Source: Candidatus Woesearchaeota archaeon (lineage in GTDB: Archaea > Nanobdellota > Nanobdellia > Pacearchaeales > GW2011-AR1). Taken from it: a stretch of 64,000 nucleotides of DNA. Below the pieces are notes generated by a model. That model did no database searches and was not told the DNA's origin. It worked only from the letters and a program-made list of their open reading frames with translations. The translations under genes and the position numbers were made by a program. The DNA is taken from NCBI GenBank assembly GCA_964538235.1, contig CAZIFJ010000001.1:31348-95347 (forward strand). Reading direction: 5' to 3'. Of this stretch, positions 38,274 through 47,462 are shown one piece after another; within the stretch, counting starts at the first letter, position 1, and every line of letters begins with the position of its first letter.

Positions 38274-38924
38274 TCATTTGTACTGAGGAATAATTTGCTC
38301 AGAAACTGCGTGTTGAATTCCGTCTTTAGTTACAGAAAAAACATCAATGCCATTTCCAGAGCCAATATCTCTTTGTGTTGAGGCTTTAAGGCATTCTTTT
38401 GCTAATTCAATTCCTTCTTTTACACTTAAATCTTTTTTATAAGTTCTTTCCAACAATCCCAAAATATAAGGCATTCCAGAGGAAAAATTAGCATCATAAT
38501 CATTTACTTTGTAAACTCCTCCAGCCGGCTCGATTGTATATAATTCAGTTGTTCCGTCTTCATTAAATCCAGCCACTAACATTCCAACAATACTTTGTAT
38601 CATCGATGGATTTCTAATATTTCTATAAATCATCATTCCAATAAGATTCGCAGCTTCTTTAACAGATGGTCTTGATTTTGTTTTTAATTCAATTAATCTC
38701 AATTCAGCAGCAATAACTTTCTGGCTTAAATCAATATCAGAAGCCAATCCTGTTCCAGCAGTTACAACATAATCATTTACTTTAACAACTTTCAGAGAAT
38801 CCTTACTCATTACAATATTTCCAGCAGTTGCTCTCCTATCTCCTCCAATTATAACTCCATCTCTACATACAATCGCTACTAAACTCGTATTTGACCTCAA
38901 AACACTTTCATTAATATCTTTCAT
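38274..38924 (-). CDS. psmB: Proteasome beta subunit
   Basis: T..VAIVCRDGVIIGGDRRATAG, QRDIGSGNG; adjacent to aCPSF1 as is usual in archaea. Confidence 0.93.
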   Translation of the reverse strand: MKDINESVLRSNTSLVAIVCRDGVIIGGDRRATAGNIVMSKDSLKVVKVNDYVVTAGTGLASDIDLSQKVIAAELRLIELKTKSRPSVKEAANLIGMMIYRNIRNPSMIQSIVGMLVAGFNEDGTTELYTIEPAGGVYKVNDYDANFSSGMPYILGLLERTYKKDLSVKEGIELAKECLKASTQRDIGSGNGIDVFSVTKDGIQHAVSEQIIPQYK

Positions 38925-38991
38925 TTTAGAAAAATCCTCTAACTATTTTCTTAACTTTTGCTGGTATTTAAATTTTTCTTTTCTTAAATTA

Positions 38992-41040
38992 TCAACTCAC
39001 AATCTTAGAAGAATCGTTTTCTTTTTTTAATTTTATAACATGATCCACAAAATTTTCTATTTTTTGCTCATGGCTGACAATAATTAATTGCTTTAATTTA
39101 AGCTCTTTTATTATGTCTTTAATTTTATCTATCTGCACATCCGAAAATCCTTCTGTTGGCTCGTCTAAAATCAAAAGATCTTTTGTTTTTATACTGCTAA
39201 AAACAGAATTAATTGTCTGATTTAAAGCAAGCCTATATGCCAACGCCAAAGCAGTTCTCTCTCCTCCAGAAAGAAAAGAATAATCCATCTCAATTCCTTT
39301 ATGAATTATCACAGGTGTAAACGTCTCGTCAACATGCACTTCAAAAGACTCTTGAGGAACAAAAACATAAAACCATTTACTAAATAAAATAGAAAACTCT
39401 CTTCTGAGCTTAATCAAAACCTGTCTCTCAATAAACTCTACTAAATTTAAAAAATAATTCCCAAGCCAGTTTATTACATCGTTAATTTTATTTAATCTAT
39501 CTTTAGATTTTTCTTTTTCGTAAATTTCTTTTTCTTTTCTTTTCATTTCCAAGGAAAGCATCTCTTTTTCTTTTTTAAATTCAGCAATTTTAATTTCAAA
39601 TTCTCTTTCAGTTTTAAAGCATTTTTCTAATTCTTCTTTTTTTAATTTTACTAAATTATCAAACCTGCTAAATTCAAAAATCTGTTGTTTTAATCTATTA
39701 ATATGACCTTCTAACAATAAAATATCTTTTTCATGATTATCTTTTTGTTTTTTTAATTCGTTTACTTTTTCAATTGATTTTTTAATCTGTTCTTGCTTCG
39801 ATTTTTTTATTTCAAGCTCTAATTTTTTTTCCTCAATTTTTTTTATTTCAAGCTCATCTTTTTCAATTTCTTTTTTCAATCTTATTATTTCATCCTCAAT
39901 TAAAGACTTATCCTTTTCTATTTTTGACAGCTCATTTTCAACTTGATTTAAAATATTATATTTGTGTATTTCCGGAACATTTTGCAAACAAGTCGGACAA
40001 AATCTTATATTATATATTCTACCTTTTTTTTCAGATAACTCTTTTTTATTATCTTCAATGTAGTTTATTTTTGATATTAGTCCAATATATTTTTGATTTA
40101 ATTTATCAAAATTAATTTTCATTTGTTTTATTTTTTTATTAATTTCATCCAATTCTTCTTTTTTGAAATTTTGATTTAAAAGAATATCTTTTTCAACTTT
40201 TTCTATTTCATTATTTATATTAAAGAGATTATCCCTTTTTGTAGAAATAAGAAGTTTAGTTTTTTCTAATTCATTATGGAATTTTTCTTTTTCTTTTATC
40301 CTTTCATTTAAATTAGAATATTCTTCTTCGACAATTTTTCTTTCTGCTTTTGCTCTTCTAAATTCTTCTTCTTTCTCTTCTTCTTTCTCTTCAATATTTT
40401 TTACTTTTTCAATTATAGAAAGAATAAATTCTTTTTCCTGCTCAAGATTTTTTATTTCTCCTTGAAGAATTTTTGATTCTTCTTTCAAATTATTTATTAA
40501 AATTTCATTATTTTCTCTTATTTTTTTATATTTTTCAACACCAAATATATGCCTTAAAACTGTTAATCTTGTTTCAGAATCTTCTGTAACAATTTCTTTC
40601 ATTTGCTCTTGAGGAGTATAAACAGTATATCTATAAAGAAGGTTATTTTTTCTTATAAATTCCATAGGATAATTTAATAAATTCAAAACATTATTTTTTA
40701 CTTCTGTTATTGAAGATTCTATTTTATTTCCGTCTATCTCTATAGAAGTATATTCTCCAGTTATATTTTTATTTCCTTTTTTTAATCTTCTTTCGATTAT
40801 TATTTTCTTATCGTCTATTTCAAATTCTAAAACAACTTCTCCAGACAAGCTTCCATTTCTTAATAGAGCTGAGCCTTTAAACCCTGGCTGTAAACCAAAG
40901 AGGGCATACTCAATTGCTAATAATAAACTTGTTTTTCCGCTTCCAACACTTCCAGAAAGTAACAAATTTCCATCTGGAAATTCTATTTCTTCTTCTTCAT
41001 AACTTCTTATATTTTTAATTTTTAATTTTTTAATTTTCAT
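38992..41040 (-). CDS. rad50: Rad50/SbcC ATPase
   Basis: GSVGSGKTS, CPTC zinc hook, LSGGE, ILDEPT, VSH. Confidence 0.92.
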   Translation of the reverse strand: MKIKKLKIKNIRSYEEEEIEFPDGNLLLSGSVGSGKTSLLLAIEYALFGLQPGFKGSALLRNGSLSGEVVLEFEIDDKKIIIERRLKKGNKNITGEYTSIEIDGNKIESSITEVKNNVLNLLNYPMEFIRKNNLLYRYTVYTPQEQMKEIVTEDSETRLTVLRHIFGVEKYKKIRENNEILINNLKEESKILQGEIKNLEQEKEFILSIIEKVKNIEEKEEEKEEEFRRAKAERKIVEEEYSNLNERIKEKEKFHNELEKTKLLISTKRDNLFNINNEIEKVEKDILLNQNFKKEELDEINKKIKQMKINFDKLNQKYIGLISKINYIEDNKKELSEKKGRIYNIRFCPTCLQNVPEIHKYNILNQVENELSKIEKDKSLIEDEIIRLKKEIEKDELEIKKIEEKKLELEIKKSKQEQIKKSIEKVNELKKQKDNHEKDILLLEGHINRLKQQIFEFSRFDNLVKLKKEELEKCFKTEREFEIKIAEFKKEKEMLSLEMKRKEKEIYEKEKSKDRLNKINDVINWLGNYFLNLVEFIERQVLIKLRREFSILFSKWFYVFVPQESFEVHVDETFTPVIIHKGIEMDYSFLSGGERTALALAYRLALNQTINSVFSSIKTKDLLILDEPTEGFSDVQIDKIKDIIKELKLKQLIIVSHEQKIENFVDHVIKLKKENDSSKIVS

Positions 41041-42185
41041 AAGCCTAAAACTTTCCTCGCTTCAGAAATTAATCTGTCTTGAAATATCATTCCAGCTTCA
41101 TCATCCATTTTTTCTATTTGTAAAACTTTAATTAACTCTTTAGACAAATTATTTAATTTGTCAGGATTATTTTCAAAAAAATTTTCTATTATTTTCTCTT
41201 CAATATCTTCATTGCTTGAAATTCCAAAATTAAATTCTTGCTCGGCAGAGTAAAGATTTGATGTGCTCTTAAGAAAAAGATAAGCACCGTTTTGCTTTAA
41301 AAAATCTTCAATTTTTTTAAAATCAATTTCACCTATTCCCCCATCTTCAATAAATCCAGATAGTTTTAGAATAATTATTTTGTCTTCTATTTTATTTTGC
41401 ATTAATAAAGAAATTATTTCATCTGTTGACTTTTTAGATTCTTTTATTTCAAAATTTATTGACAAAACTTCTTTTAATTTTATTATTTGCTTTGAAATTT
41501 TTCCATCATTAATGATATAAAACGAGCCATGTTTTAGCTCTTCTAATTCATTCAATTCATTTGGGAATATTGGTCCAGAATAAACTCTTCCTTCTTTATT
41601 ATAATTAATATGTAAATGTGATAGTGCCAAATAATCAACTTTTGGAAGAGATTTTTCATCTACTGATTTTATAGGAAGATTTCCAATAGCATCTTTTATT
41701 GCTGTATGTAACATTAATATTTTAAATAGCCCAGGAGAGTCTTGCAATTTTATTCTCTTTATATCTTCAACTTCTAAAGAAGATCTTTTTCCAGGGTATC
41801 CATATATAGCAAAATTTTTATAAATTGTTGGCTGAAGAAAAATGTTATTATTTCTCTCTTCAAATTTAGAGGCGTTTTCACAGAATCCAGCCTTTTCCAA
41901 AACATCTAAAAAAGTTTTTCCAGAAATAGAATAATCATGGCTCCCAGCAATTATAAAAACTGGGATGTTTGCTTCTTTTATTTTTCTAAATTCTTTAAAT
42001 GCTTCTTTTAGAATGTCAATAGATGGATAAGCTGAATCAAATAAATCTCCAGTTATTAAAATAAATTCAACTTTTTCTTTTATACATTTTTCAACTGCAA
42101 ATTGAAAACTTTTAAAATTTAAATCTCTTAACTCTGGCTCCCTCCAACCCCCAAGATGACAATCCCCCATATGTGCAAATTTCAT
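41037..42185 (-). CDS. mre11: Mre11/SbcD nuclease
   Basis: DCHLG, TGDLFD, GSHD, LH, SHLH. Confidence 0.92.
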   Translation of the reverse strand: MKFAHMGDCHLGGWREPELRDLNFKSFQFAVEKCIKEKVEFILITGDLFDSAYPSIDILKEAFKEFRKIKEANIPVFIIAGSHDYSISGKTFLDVLEKAGFCENASKFEERNNNIFLQPTIYKNFAIYGYPGKRSSLEVEDIKRIKLQDSPGLFKILMLHTAIKDAIGNLPIKSVDEKSLPKVDYLALSHLHINYNKEGRVYSGPIFPNELNELEELKHGSFYIINDGKISKQIIKLKEVLSINFEIKESKKSTDEIISLLMQNKIEDKIIILKLSGFIEDGGIGEIDFKKIEDFLKQNGAYLFLKSTSNLYSAEQEFNFGISSNEDIEEKIIENFFENNPDKLNNLSKELIKVLQIEKMDDEAGMIFQDRLISEARKVLGL

Positions 42186-42233
42186 AAAATTTGAATTATA
42201 GCCACTTATTTATAGATTATTATAGAGCAGTTT

Positions 42234-42389
42234 GAATATAGTAACCCAACTTGGTCTTTCAGTTTTTTCTGTTGGTTTACTACTTCAAAAACCTTCTCGT
42301 CGTAGGTTTTTGAGGCACTCAAAAATCTCTGATTTTTGATGTTAGCGGAGCAACTAAAAGCCACAGAAAAATATAGTTGGTCTGCTATA
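42234..42389 (+). repeat. Four-hairpin element, family 2 copy 1
   Basis: GAATATAGT...ACTACTTCAAAAACCTTCTCGT.GTAGGTTTTTGAGGC...GTTAGCGGA...TGGTCTGCTATA; second copy at 55190. Confidence 0.88.
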
Positions 42390-42395
42390 ATTCAA

Positions 42396-42422
42396 TTTTT
42401 AAGAAAGAATTTTCAAACTTCT
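42396..42422. repeat. 27-bp intergenic repeat, copy 1
   Basis: TTTTTAAGAAAGAATTTTCAAACTTCT identical at 46696-46722. Confidence 0.75.
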
Positions 42423-42458
42423 TATTAAAGAACTTTACAAAAATCAAAGTTCTCTATA

Positions 42459-42956
42459 CTAATTGCAATCAATTTGCTGGTTTATAATTGCCTTGTTGCA
42501 TAAAGCAATTTCTTTTTTAGAAATAACTGCAGGCTCAATTTCTAACTCATATTTTCTAGGAGAACTTTTTAAAATTTCTTTTATTTTTGAATTTTTTTCA
42601 TTAAAAGAAAGAGAAATAGTTTTTCCAGGAGGAAATGCAGCATTTCCTGGTTCATATATAAAATAAATACTATTATTATTAACCAAATCTTTAACTTCTT
42701 TTCCTGAAGAAGAAATTCTAATATAGCTCGCATCAATTTTGAAAAATCCTTTATTTAGTAAAGTAATATTTAGTTGATTGCCTAACGCTGAACAAGAATA
42801 ATTTTTAACAATCAGCCCGACATCTTCTTGGCATTCTGGTTTTTCTTTTGGAACATAGACGCTCAAATAAGAATAAACTATAACACTCATAGTTACAGCA
42901 ACAATAACTAATAAAACATAGCTTACAATTTCGCTAACTCCTCTTTTAAATTTCAT
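42459..42956 (-). CDS. Archaeal type IV pilin-like protein
   Basis: KRG|VSEIVSYVLLV. Confidence 0.85.
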   Translation of the reverse strand: MKFKRGVSEIVSYVLLVIVAVTMSVIVYSYLSVYVPKEKPECQEDVGLIVKNYSCSALGNQLNITLLNKGFFKIDASYIRISSSGKEVKDLVNNNSIYFIYEPGNAAFPPGKTISLSFNEKNSKIKEILKSSPRKYELEIEPAVISKKEIALCNKAIINQQIDCN

Positions 42957-42963
42957 TTTGTTT

Positions 42964-43923
42964 TTATTTTCCGAACTTTGTAAATTTACTTATTAAACTT
43001 GGCTCTTCTTTTTCAGTAATCACTCGTTCATTATTTTTTTCATCCCCGGTTCTTGCAACAAATATTTCTCCGTCTTTTTCTTTTTTAATTATTATAAAGA
43101 ATCTCTGTCCCTGCAGAATTTCAAAATCATATTTTTCACTATCAGATAATATAACTTCAATAATATCTTTTCCTCCATGATTCTTTCTTTTGTTTATTTT
43201 CTCTTTTAAAATTTCTTTTTTTATTCTTTTACAAAAATCGTTGTCTCCTTCAATTAAATGAATTCTTATTTGTTCTTTATCAAGTTTAATTTTCTCAAAG
43301 ATTACTCCAGGAATTTTTTCTGGATCAGTTTCCGTTGTATTAAAATTTAATTCTACTTCTATATTTTGATTATCGTCTTCTTTCAATAGCCTTATTTTTA
43401 TACTATCTCTTTCAAAATCATCAAAATCATCTTTTTCAATTGATTCTTTTATTTTTTCAAAACTTATTTTATACATTTGGTTTTGTACTTCTTCAACTAT
43501 CTCTTCTTTATCTTCTTTAATTATTTCAAATTGTTTTTTGAAGATTATTAGACTTTTATCTTCTAATATTTTATATTTTATTTTTAGACCTTCAAACTCC
43601 TCGCAAGTGAATTCTATTCCCCCACCTTCAAACTTTGTTGCTTCACTATCTCCATAAATCGCAACTATATCTTTTTCAGGGTTTGTTTGTGAATAATGGT
43701 TTATTAATGTTGTAAGATTTTCTTTTATTTGTTCTTCCGATAAATCTCTCAATATACCACTAATAATAACTTGCGATCCTTCAAGATTAAGTTCATTTGA
43801 CAAATCATAAACAGTTAAATCTTCTTCAGAAACTTTAATGGAATTTTGTACATTTACAATACTTAATAGTATAGCCACTATAATAACCGTCGCTACCAAA
43901 AAAAATTGTCCTCTTTTGTTCAT
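42964..43923 (-). CDS. Pilin-like protein
   Basis: MNKRG|QFFLVATVII; start moved to 43923 because upstream sequence is the SRP RNA. Confidence 0.78.
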   Translation of the reverse strand: MNKRGQFFLVATVIIVAILLSIVNVQNSIKVSEEDLTVYDLSNELNLEGSQVIISGILRDLSEEQIKENLTTLINHYSQTNPEKDIVAIYGDSEATKFEGGGIEFTCEEFEGLKIKYKILEDKSLIIFKKQFEIIKEDKEEIVEEVQNQMYKISFEKIKESIEKDDFDDFERDSIKIRLLKEDDNQNIEVELNFNTTETDPEKIPGVIFEKIKLDKEQIRIHLIEGDNDFCKRIKKEILKEKINKRKNHGGKDIIEVILSDSEKYDFEILQGQRFFIIIKKEKDGEIFVARTGDEKNNERVITEKEEPSLISKFTKFGK

Positions 43924-43929
43924 TTTAAT

Positions 43930-44184
43930 GTAGACAGGGAGCTTGCTTGATTTTAGCAATTTAGCTGCCTCCTTCCTTCCTCAGTTCTGAACTCCTATAA
44001 GCACCACGATTCCTGTTTAGGGTTGCTCCGATCAAGGTCTGACCCGTTTCGCAGGAGCGAGATCGAATAGGACAAAACCTCAACGTCCAGTAAGAGACTA
44101 AATCCATCCATCTTACTCACTCCTTAGCGCCCCACCTAAAGCCCATTTGTGGAAGGCATAGGGCTAGTATGCCGGCTTGTCTAC
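43930..44184 (-). ncRNA. Signal recognition particle (SRP) RNA
   Basis: Terminal GTAGACA/TGTCTAC stem; Alu hairpins with complementary loops AGCCC/GGGCT; helix 8 GGGT-CAGA-CC-loop-GG-AGCA-ACCC followed by TAA; GC-rich island. Confidence 0.82.
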
Positions 44185-44213
44185 AAAATAAAAGAAAATT
44201 AACCCTTATAAAT

Positions 44214-44387
44214 TTATTTATTTTTATGGATAATCTGCTCTTTGATTTTTTCCATGTCTTTGTGAATTTCAACGCCAATTTCTTCTTTCTTTTTTGAAAT
44301 AGACTCAGATACAATAATAAGTGAGAGCAGGGCAATACCTAATGAAAAAGTGTTTATCAAAAAAATTATAACTGCTTCAATTATCAT
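44214..44387 (-). CDS. Small membrane protein (57 aa)
   Basis: Manual translation MIIEAVIIFLINTFSLGIALLSLIIVSESISKKKEEIGVEIHKDMEKIKEQIIHKNK. Confidence 0.55.
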   Translation of the reverse strand: MIIEAVIIFLINTFSLGIALLSLIIVSESISKKKEEIGVEIHKDMEKIKEQIIHKNK

Positions 44388-44425
44388 CTTTTCATTAGAA
44401 ATAATTGATATTTAAGATTTGTTAT

Positions 44426-46096
44426 CTACATATTTTCTATTGTTTTTATTCCTAAAAGATTTAAAGAATTTTTCAAAACCTGCGCGAAAGATTGAACAAG
44501 AGCTAAACGAAATTCTTCTTCTTTAGAGCCAACAACCTTTATTGAATGATAAAATTCATTAAATGTTTGTGCCAATTGAAAAGAATAATTTGCAATAGTG
44601 TTTGGAGAGAGATTTTTATATGCATGCTCAACAACAACTGGAAAATTAGCCAAATGAACAATTAAATTTTTTTCTTTTTCATCCAAATTAAAAAATGAAA
44701 ATTTATTTTTTGGATTATATTTTGCTTTTCTTAATATGCTTTTTGCTCTTGCATAAGAATAAAGTAAATATGGACCAGTATCTCCTTCAAAAGACAAAAA
44801 TCTTTCTACGTCAAAAATAATATCTTTTTGTCTGTCATTTTTTAAATCGCCGTAAAAGATTGCTGCTAAAGCTAATGCCTTTGCTCTTTTCTCCAACTCT
44901 GTTTTTGGTAATTTCTCTCTTTTTTCAATTTCTTTTTTTGCAAGAGAAATTGTTTCATCTAAAATATCTTCCATAAAAATAGTTTTTCCTTTCCTTGTCG
45001 CAAACTTTTTTCCATCTTTTTCAAGATATAAACCATGAGATATATGAAAACATTCTTTTGCCCAATTATATCCTAGCAGTTCTAAAATTTTAAAGATTTG
45101 TTTAAAATGTAGAGTTTGTTCAGAGCCAACTTCATAAAACATTCTGTCAAACTTGTATTTTTTATATCTGTCAATCGCCGCAGTTAGATCTCTCGTAGCA
45201 TAAAGCGTGGCACCGTCGCTTTTTTTTATTAAACAAACTCCTAGGCCATATTTATCCAAATTTACAATTTTTGCCCCTTCACTTTCTTCTAATAACCTTT
45301 TCCTTTCGAGATCTTTAATAGTAGACAGCATTTTATTATTATATAAAGACTCTCCAGAAATTTCATCAAATTTTATTCCTAAAATTTCATAAATTTTATT
45401 AAAATATTTTAGACTTAGTTCTCTAAATTTTTTCCACAACGACAAAGCTTTCTTATCTCCATCTTCCAATTTTTTGAACATCTCTCTTGCTTCTTGCTCT
45501 AAACTTTCATCCCCATTTACTTTAACATATAAATCCAAAAGATATTTTATTGGATTTTCCTTCAACTTTTTATTATCTCCAAACTTACTATATCCCAAAA
45601 TCAATTTTCCGAATTGTGTTCCCCAATCTCCAAGATAATTTATCTTTTTCGTTTTGAATCCATTAAATTCAGATATTTTTGCTATAGAATTTCCAATTAT
45701 TGTTGATCTTAAGTGTCCAATTCCGAAAGGTTTCGCAATATTTGGAGAAGACATATCTATAAAAATAATTTTATTTTTTCCATTATTGTTTGAGCCATAT
45801 TTATCTTTCTCTCTCAAAACTTTTTTTAAGGTTTCTTCAGCAATTATTTTCTTATCTATAAAAAAATTAACATACGCTCTGTTAGATTCAACTTTCTCAA
45901 AATTTTTATTTTTTATTTTCTCAGAAATTTCTTTAGAAATCTCTACAGGATTTCTTTTTTTTATTTTTGCTAATGTAAAGCAAGGAAAAGCATAATCTCC
46001 GAGTTTTGAATCTGGAGGAATTTCAATAAGGTTTTCAATTTCTTTTTTATTCAAGCCGACAATCTTGCTTATCTCACTAGAAATTATTTCTTTCAT
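44426..46096 (-). CDS. argS: Arginine--tRNA ligase
   Basis: GDYAFPCF, SSPNIAKPFGIGHLRST, NYLGDWGTQFG, KFATRKG, GDTGPYLLYSYAR. Confidence 0.97.
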   Translation of the reverse strand: MKEIISSEISKIVGLNKKEIENLIEIPPDSKLGDYAFPCFTLAKIKKRNPVEISKEISEKIKNKNFEKVESNRAYVNFFIDKKIIAEETLKKVLREKDKYGSNNNGKNKIIFIDMSSPNIAKPFGIGHLRSTIIGNSIAKISEFNGFKTKKINYLGDWGTQFGKLILGYSKFGDNKKLKENPIKYLLDLYVKVNGDESLEQEAREMFKKLEDGDKKALSLWKKFRELSLKYFNKIYEILGIKFDEISGESLYNNKMLSTIKDLERKRLLEESEGAKIVNLDKYGLGVCLIKKSDGATLYATRDLTAAIDRYKKYKFDRMFYEVGSEQTLHFKQIFKILELLGYNWAKECFHISHGLYLEKDGKKFATRKGKTIFMEDILDETISLAKKEIEKREKLPKTELEKRAKALALAAIFYGDLKNDRQKDIIFDVERFLSFEGDTGPYLLYSYARAKSILRKAKYNPKNKFSFFNLDEKEKNLIVHLANFPVVVEHAYKNLSPNTIANYSFQLAQTFNEFYHSIKVVGSKEEEFRLALVQSFAQVLKNSLNLLGIKTIENM

Positions 46097-46210
46097 CAAT
46101 TAAATTATTTTTAATAATTAATAAACTTTGTTAAAGCCCTCTTGTTAGATATGAATCTTTTGTCTTGCTAAATAATTTAAGATTTGCTTTATTTTTCTAG
46201 TTTACTATTT

Positions 46211-46429
46211 TTATTCGTAATAGCCAAGTCGGTCCACTTCTACAGGTCTGCCTGCTACTTTTTCACGATATCCTCTTAAAGCTTCTTGAGTTCGATTATA
46301 TTCATTTACAAGTCTATTAGCATCCATTCTATCTCTAAAAGCTATAATGTTATTGCTATTTCCGTGGCTTCTTGCTAACATTAATGCCTTTTCAGCATCA
46401 AGTCTATCCCAAAAATCTATAATACTCAT
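46211..46429 (-). CDS. Hypothetical protein (72 aa)
   Basis: ORF with TTTAAAA box about 25 nt upstream. Confidence 0.5.
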   Translation of the reverse strand: MSIIDFWDRLDAEKALMLARSHGNSNNIIAFRDRMDANRLVNEYNRTQEALRGYREKVAGRPVEVDRLGYYE

Positions 46430-46508
46430 AAATAATTAGAAAGATGTTCAGTTTTAAACTTTTCTATATCTCAATTTTCAACAAACACAGCAGTGTTTGT
46501 TGGTTATA

Positions 46509-46663
46509 AGCCTCTAAGGGGATTTGAACCCCCGACCCCGAGTTTTTTTGTCTGACAAAACCAAGGTTTTGTCAACGCCCGTAGAACTTCTTTCCACGGC
46601 GGCTTCAATTCTGAAGAAATTGAAGCTTACGAAACTCGTACTCTACCGCTGAGCTATAGAGGC
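46509..46663 (-). tRNA. tRNA-Thr(CGT) with 83-nt intron at 37/38 (intron 46545-46627)
   Basis: Acceptor GCCTCTA/TAGAGGC, D arm GCTC/GAGT, anticodon stem CGAGT/ACTCG, TTCAAAT T-loop, U73; spliced length 72 nt. Confidence 0.92.
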
Positions 46664-46695
46664 ACAATCTTAATTTTTTTGCAGGTATATAAATT

Positions 46696-46722
46696 TTTTT
46701 AAGAAAGAATTTTCAAACTTCT
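46696..46722. repeat. 27-bp intergenic repeat, copy 2
   Basis: Identical to 42396-42422; lies in the divergent promoter region of the tRNA. Confidence 0.75.
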
Positions 46723-46763
46723 CTCAAAAGAATTTATAAAAGAGTATTTTCTAATATTTGCTT

Positions 46764-46967
46764 ATGCACAAAATTCCCTTATTGAATTTTTTTTATTTAG
46801 AAAGAGGTTTTGATAGAGTCAGTCCAACTTTTACAATTTTCATTTTTTCTTTAATTTTATTTTTTATCGGATTGTTTTTTTCAATATTAAGCTTCCTAAA
46901 AATTTTCGCAGGATTTGTTTTAATAGTCTATGTTTTCGGAGTTTTTGTTTGGTTTTTCAGCCGATAA
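46764..46967 (+). CDS. Small 2-TM membrane protein
   Basis: Hydrophobic ORF, TTTATAAA box upstream. Confidence 0.5.
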   Translation: MHKIPLLNFFYLERGFDRVSPTFTIFIFSLILFFIGLFFSILSFLKIFAGFVLIVYVFGVFVWFFSR

Positions 46968-47013
46968 AATTTTTAATCCTAAGATTTATATACTATTTTA
47001 TCTTAATAAAAAT

Positions 47014-47429
47014 ATGTTTTCAGAAATAAATCTTTTGGCAGTTTTAGGAGTTTCAGTTTTATCTTTTATTATTGGCTGGTTATGGTATTCCCCATTTTTA
47101 TTTGGAAACCAATGGATTAAATTGTCAGGAATAACTCCAAAAATGGCGGCTGAAATGAAAAAAAAGGAGCAGGCAAATCTTACTTTGTAGGATTTCTTTC
47201 AACAATAATTTTAACTTACATCCTTGCATATTTTGTAAAAAAATTTCAGATTGTTTCTTTTGCAGACGGACTCCAACTCGGATTTCTAATCTGGATTGGT
47301 TTTGTCGCAACACTTTCTCTTAGTTCAGTTATATGGGAAAGAAAACCATTTTCATTTTATCTAATTAATTCTGGTTATAATTTAGTTTCTATCGCTCTTT
47401 CAGCAGGAATTTTAGCTGTTTGGAATTAA
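47014..47429 (+). pseudogene. DUF1761-like membrane protein split by a -1 frameshift in an A8 run
   Basis: IGWLWYSPFLFGNQW then, after adding one A at 47158-47165, GAGKSYFVGF...WIGFV...WERKP...INSGY...ILAVWN. Confidence 0.8.
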
Positions 47430-47462
47430 CAAGATATAAAAATACTAAAGTTTTATTTTTCT

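Noticed and set aside
39400..40500. Low-complexity A/T runs in rad50
   Set aside because: Explained by Lys/Glu-rich coiled-coil coding sequence.
43930..44184. RNase P RNA interpretation
   Set aside because: No GAGGAAAGUCC-type P4 motif pair; Alu kissing loops and the helix 8 internal loop fit SRP RNA.
44117..44335. 72-aa ORF in the track
   Set aside because: Overlaps the SRP RNA and a better 57-aa membrane ORF in another frame.
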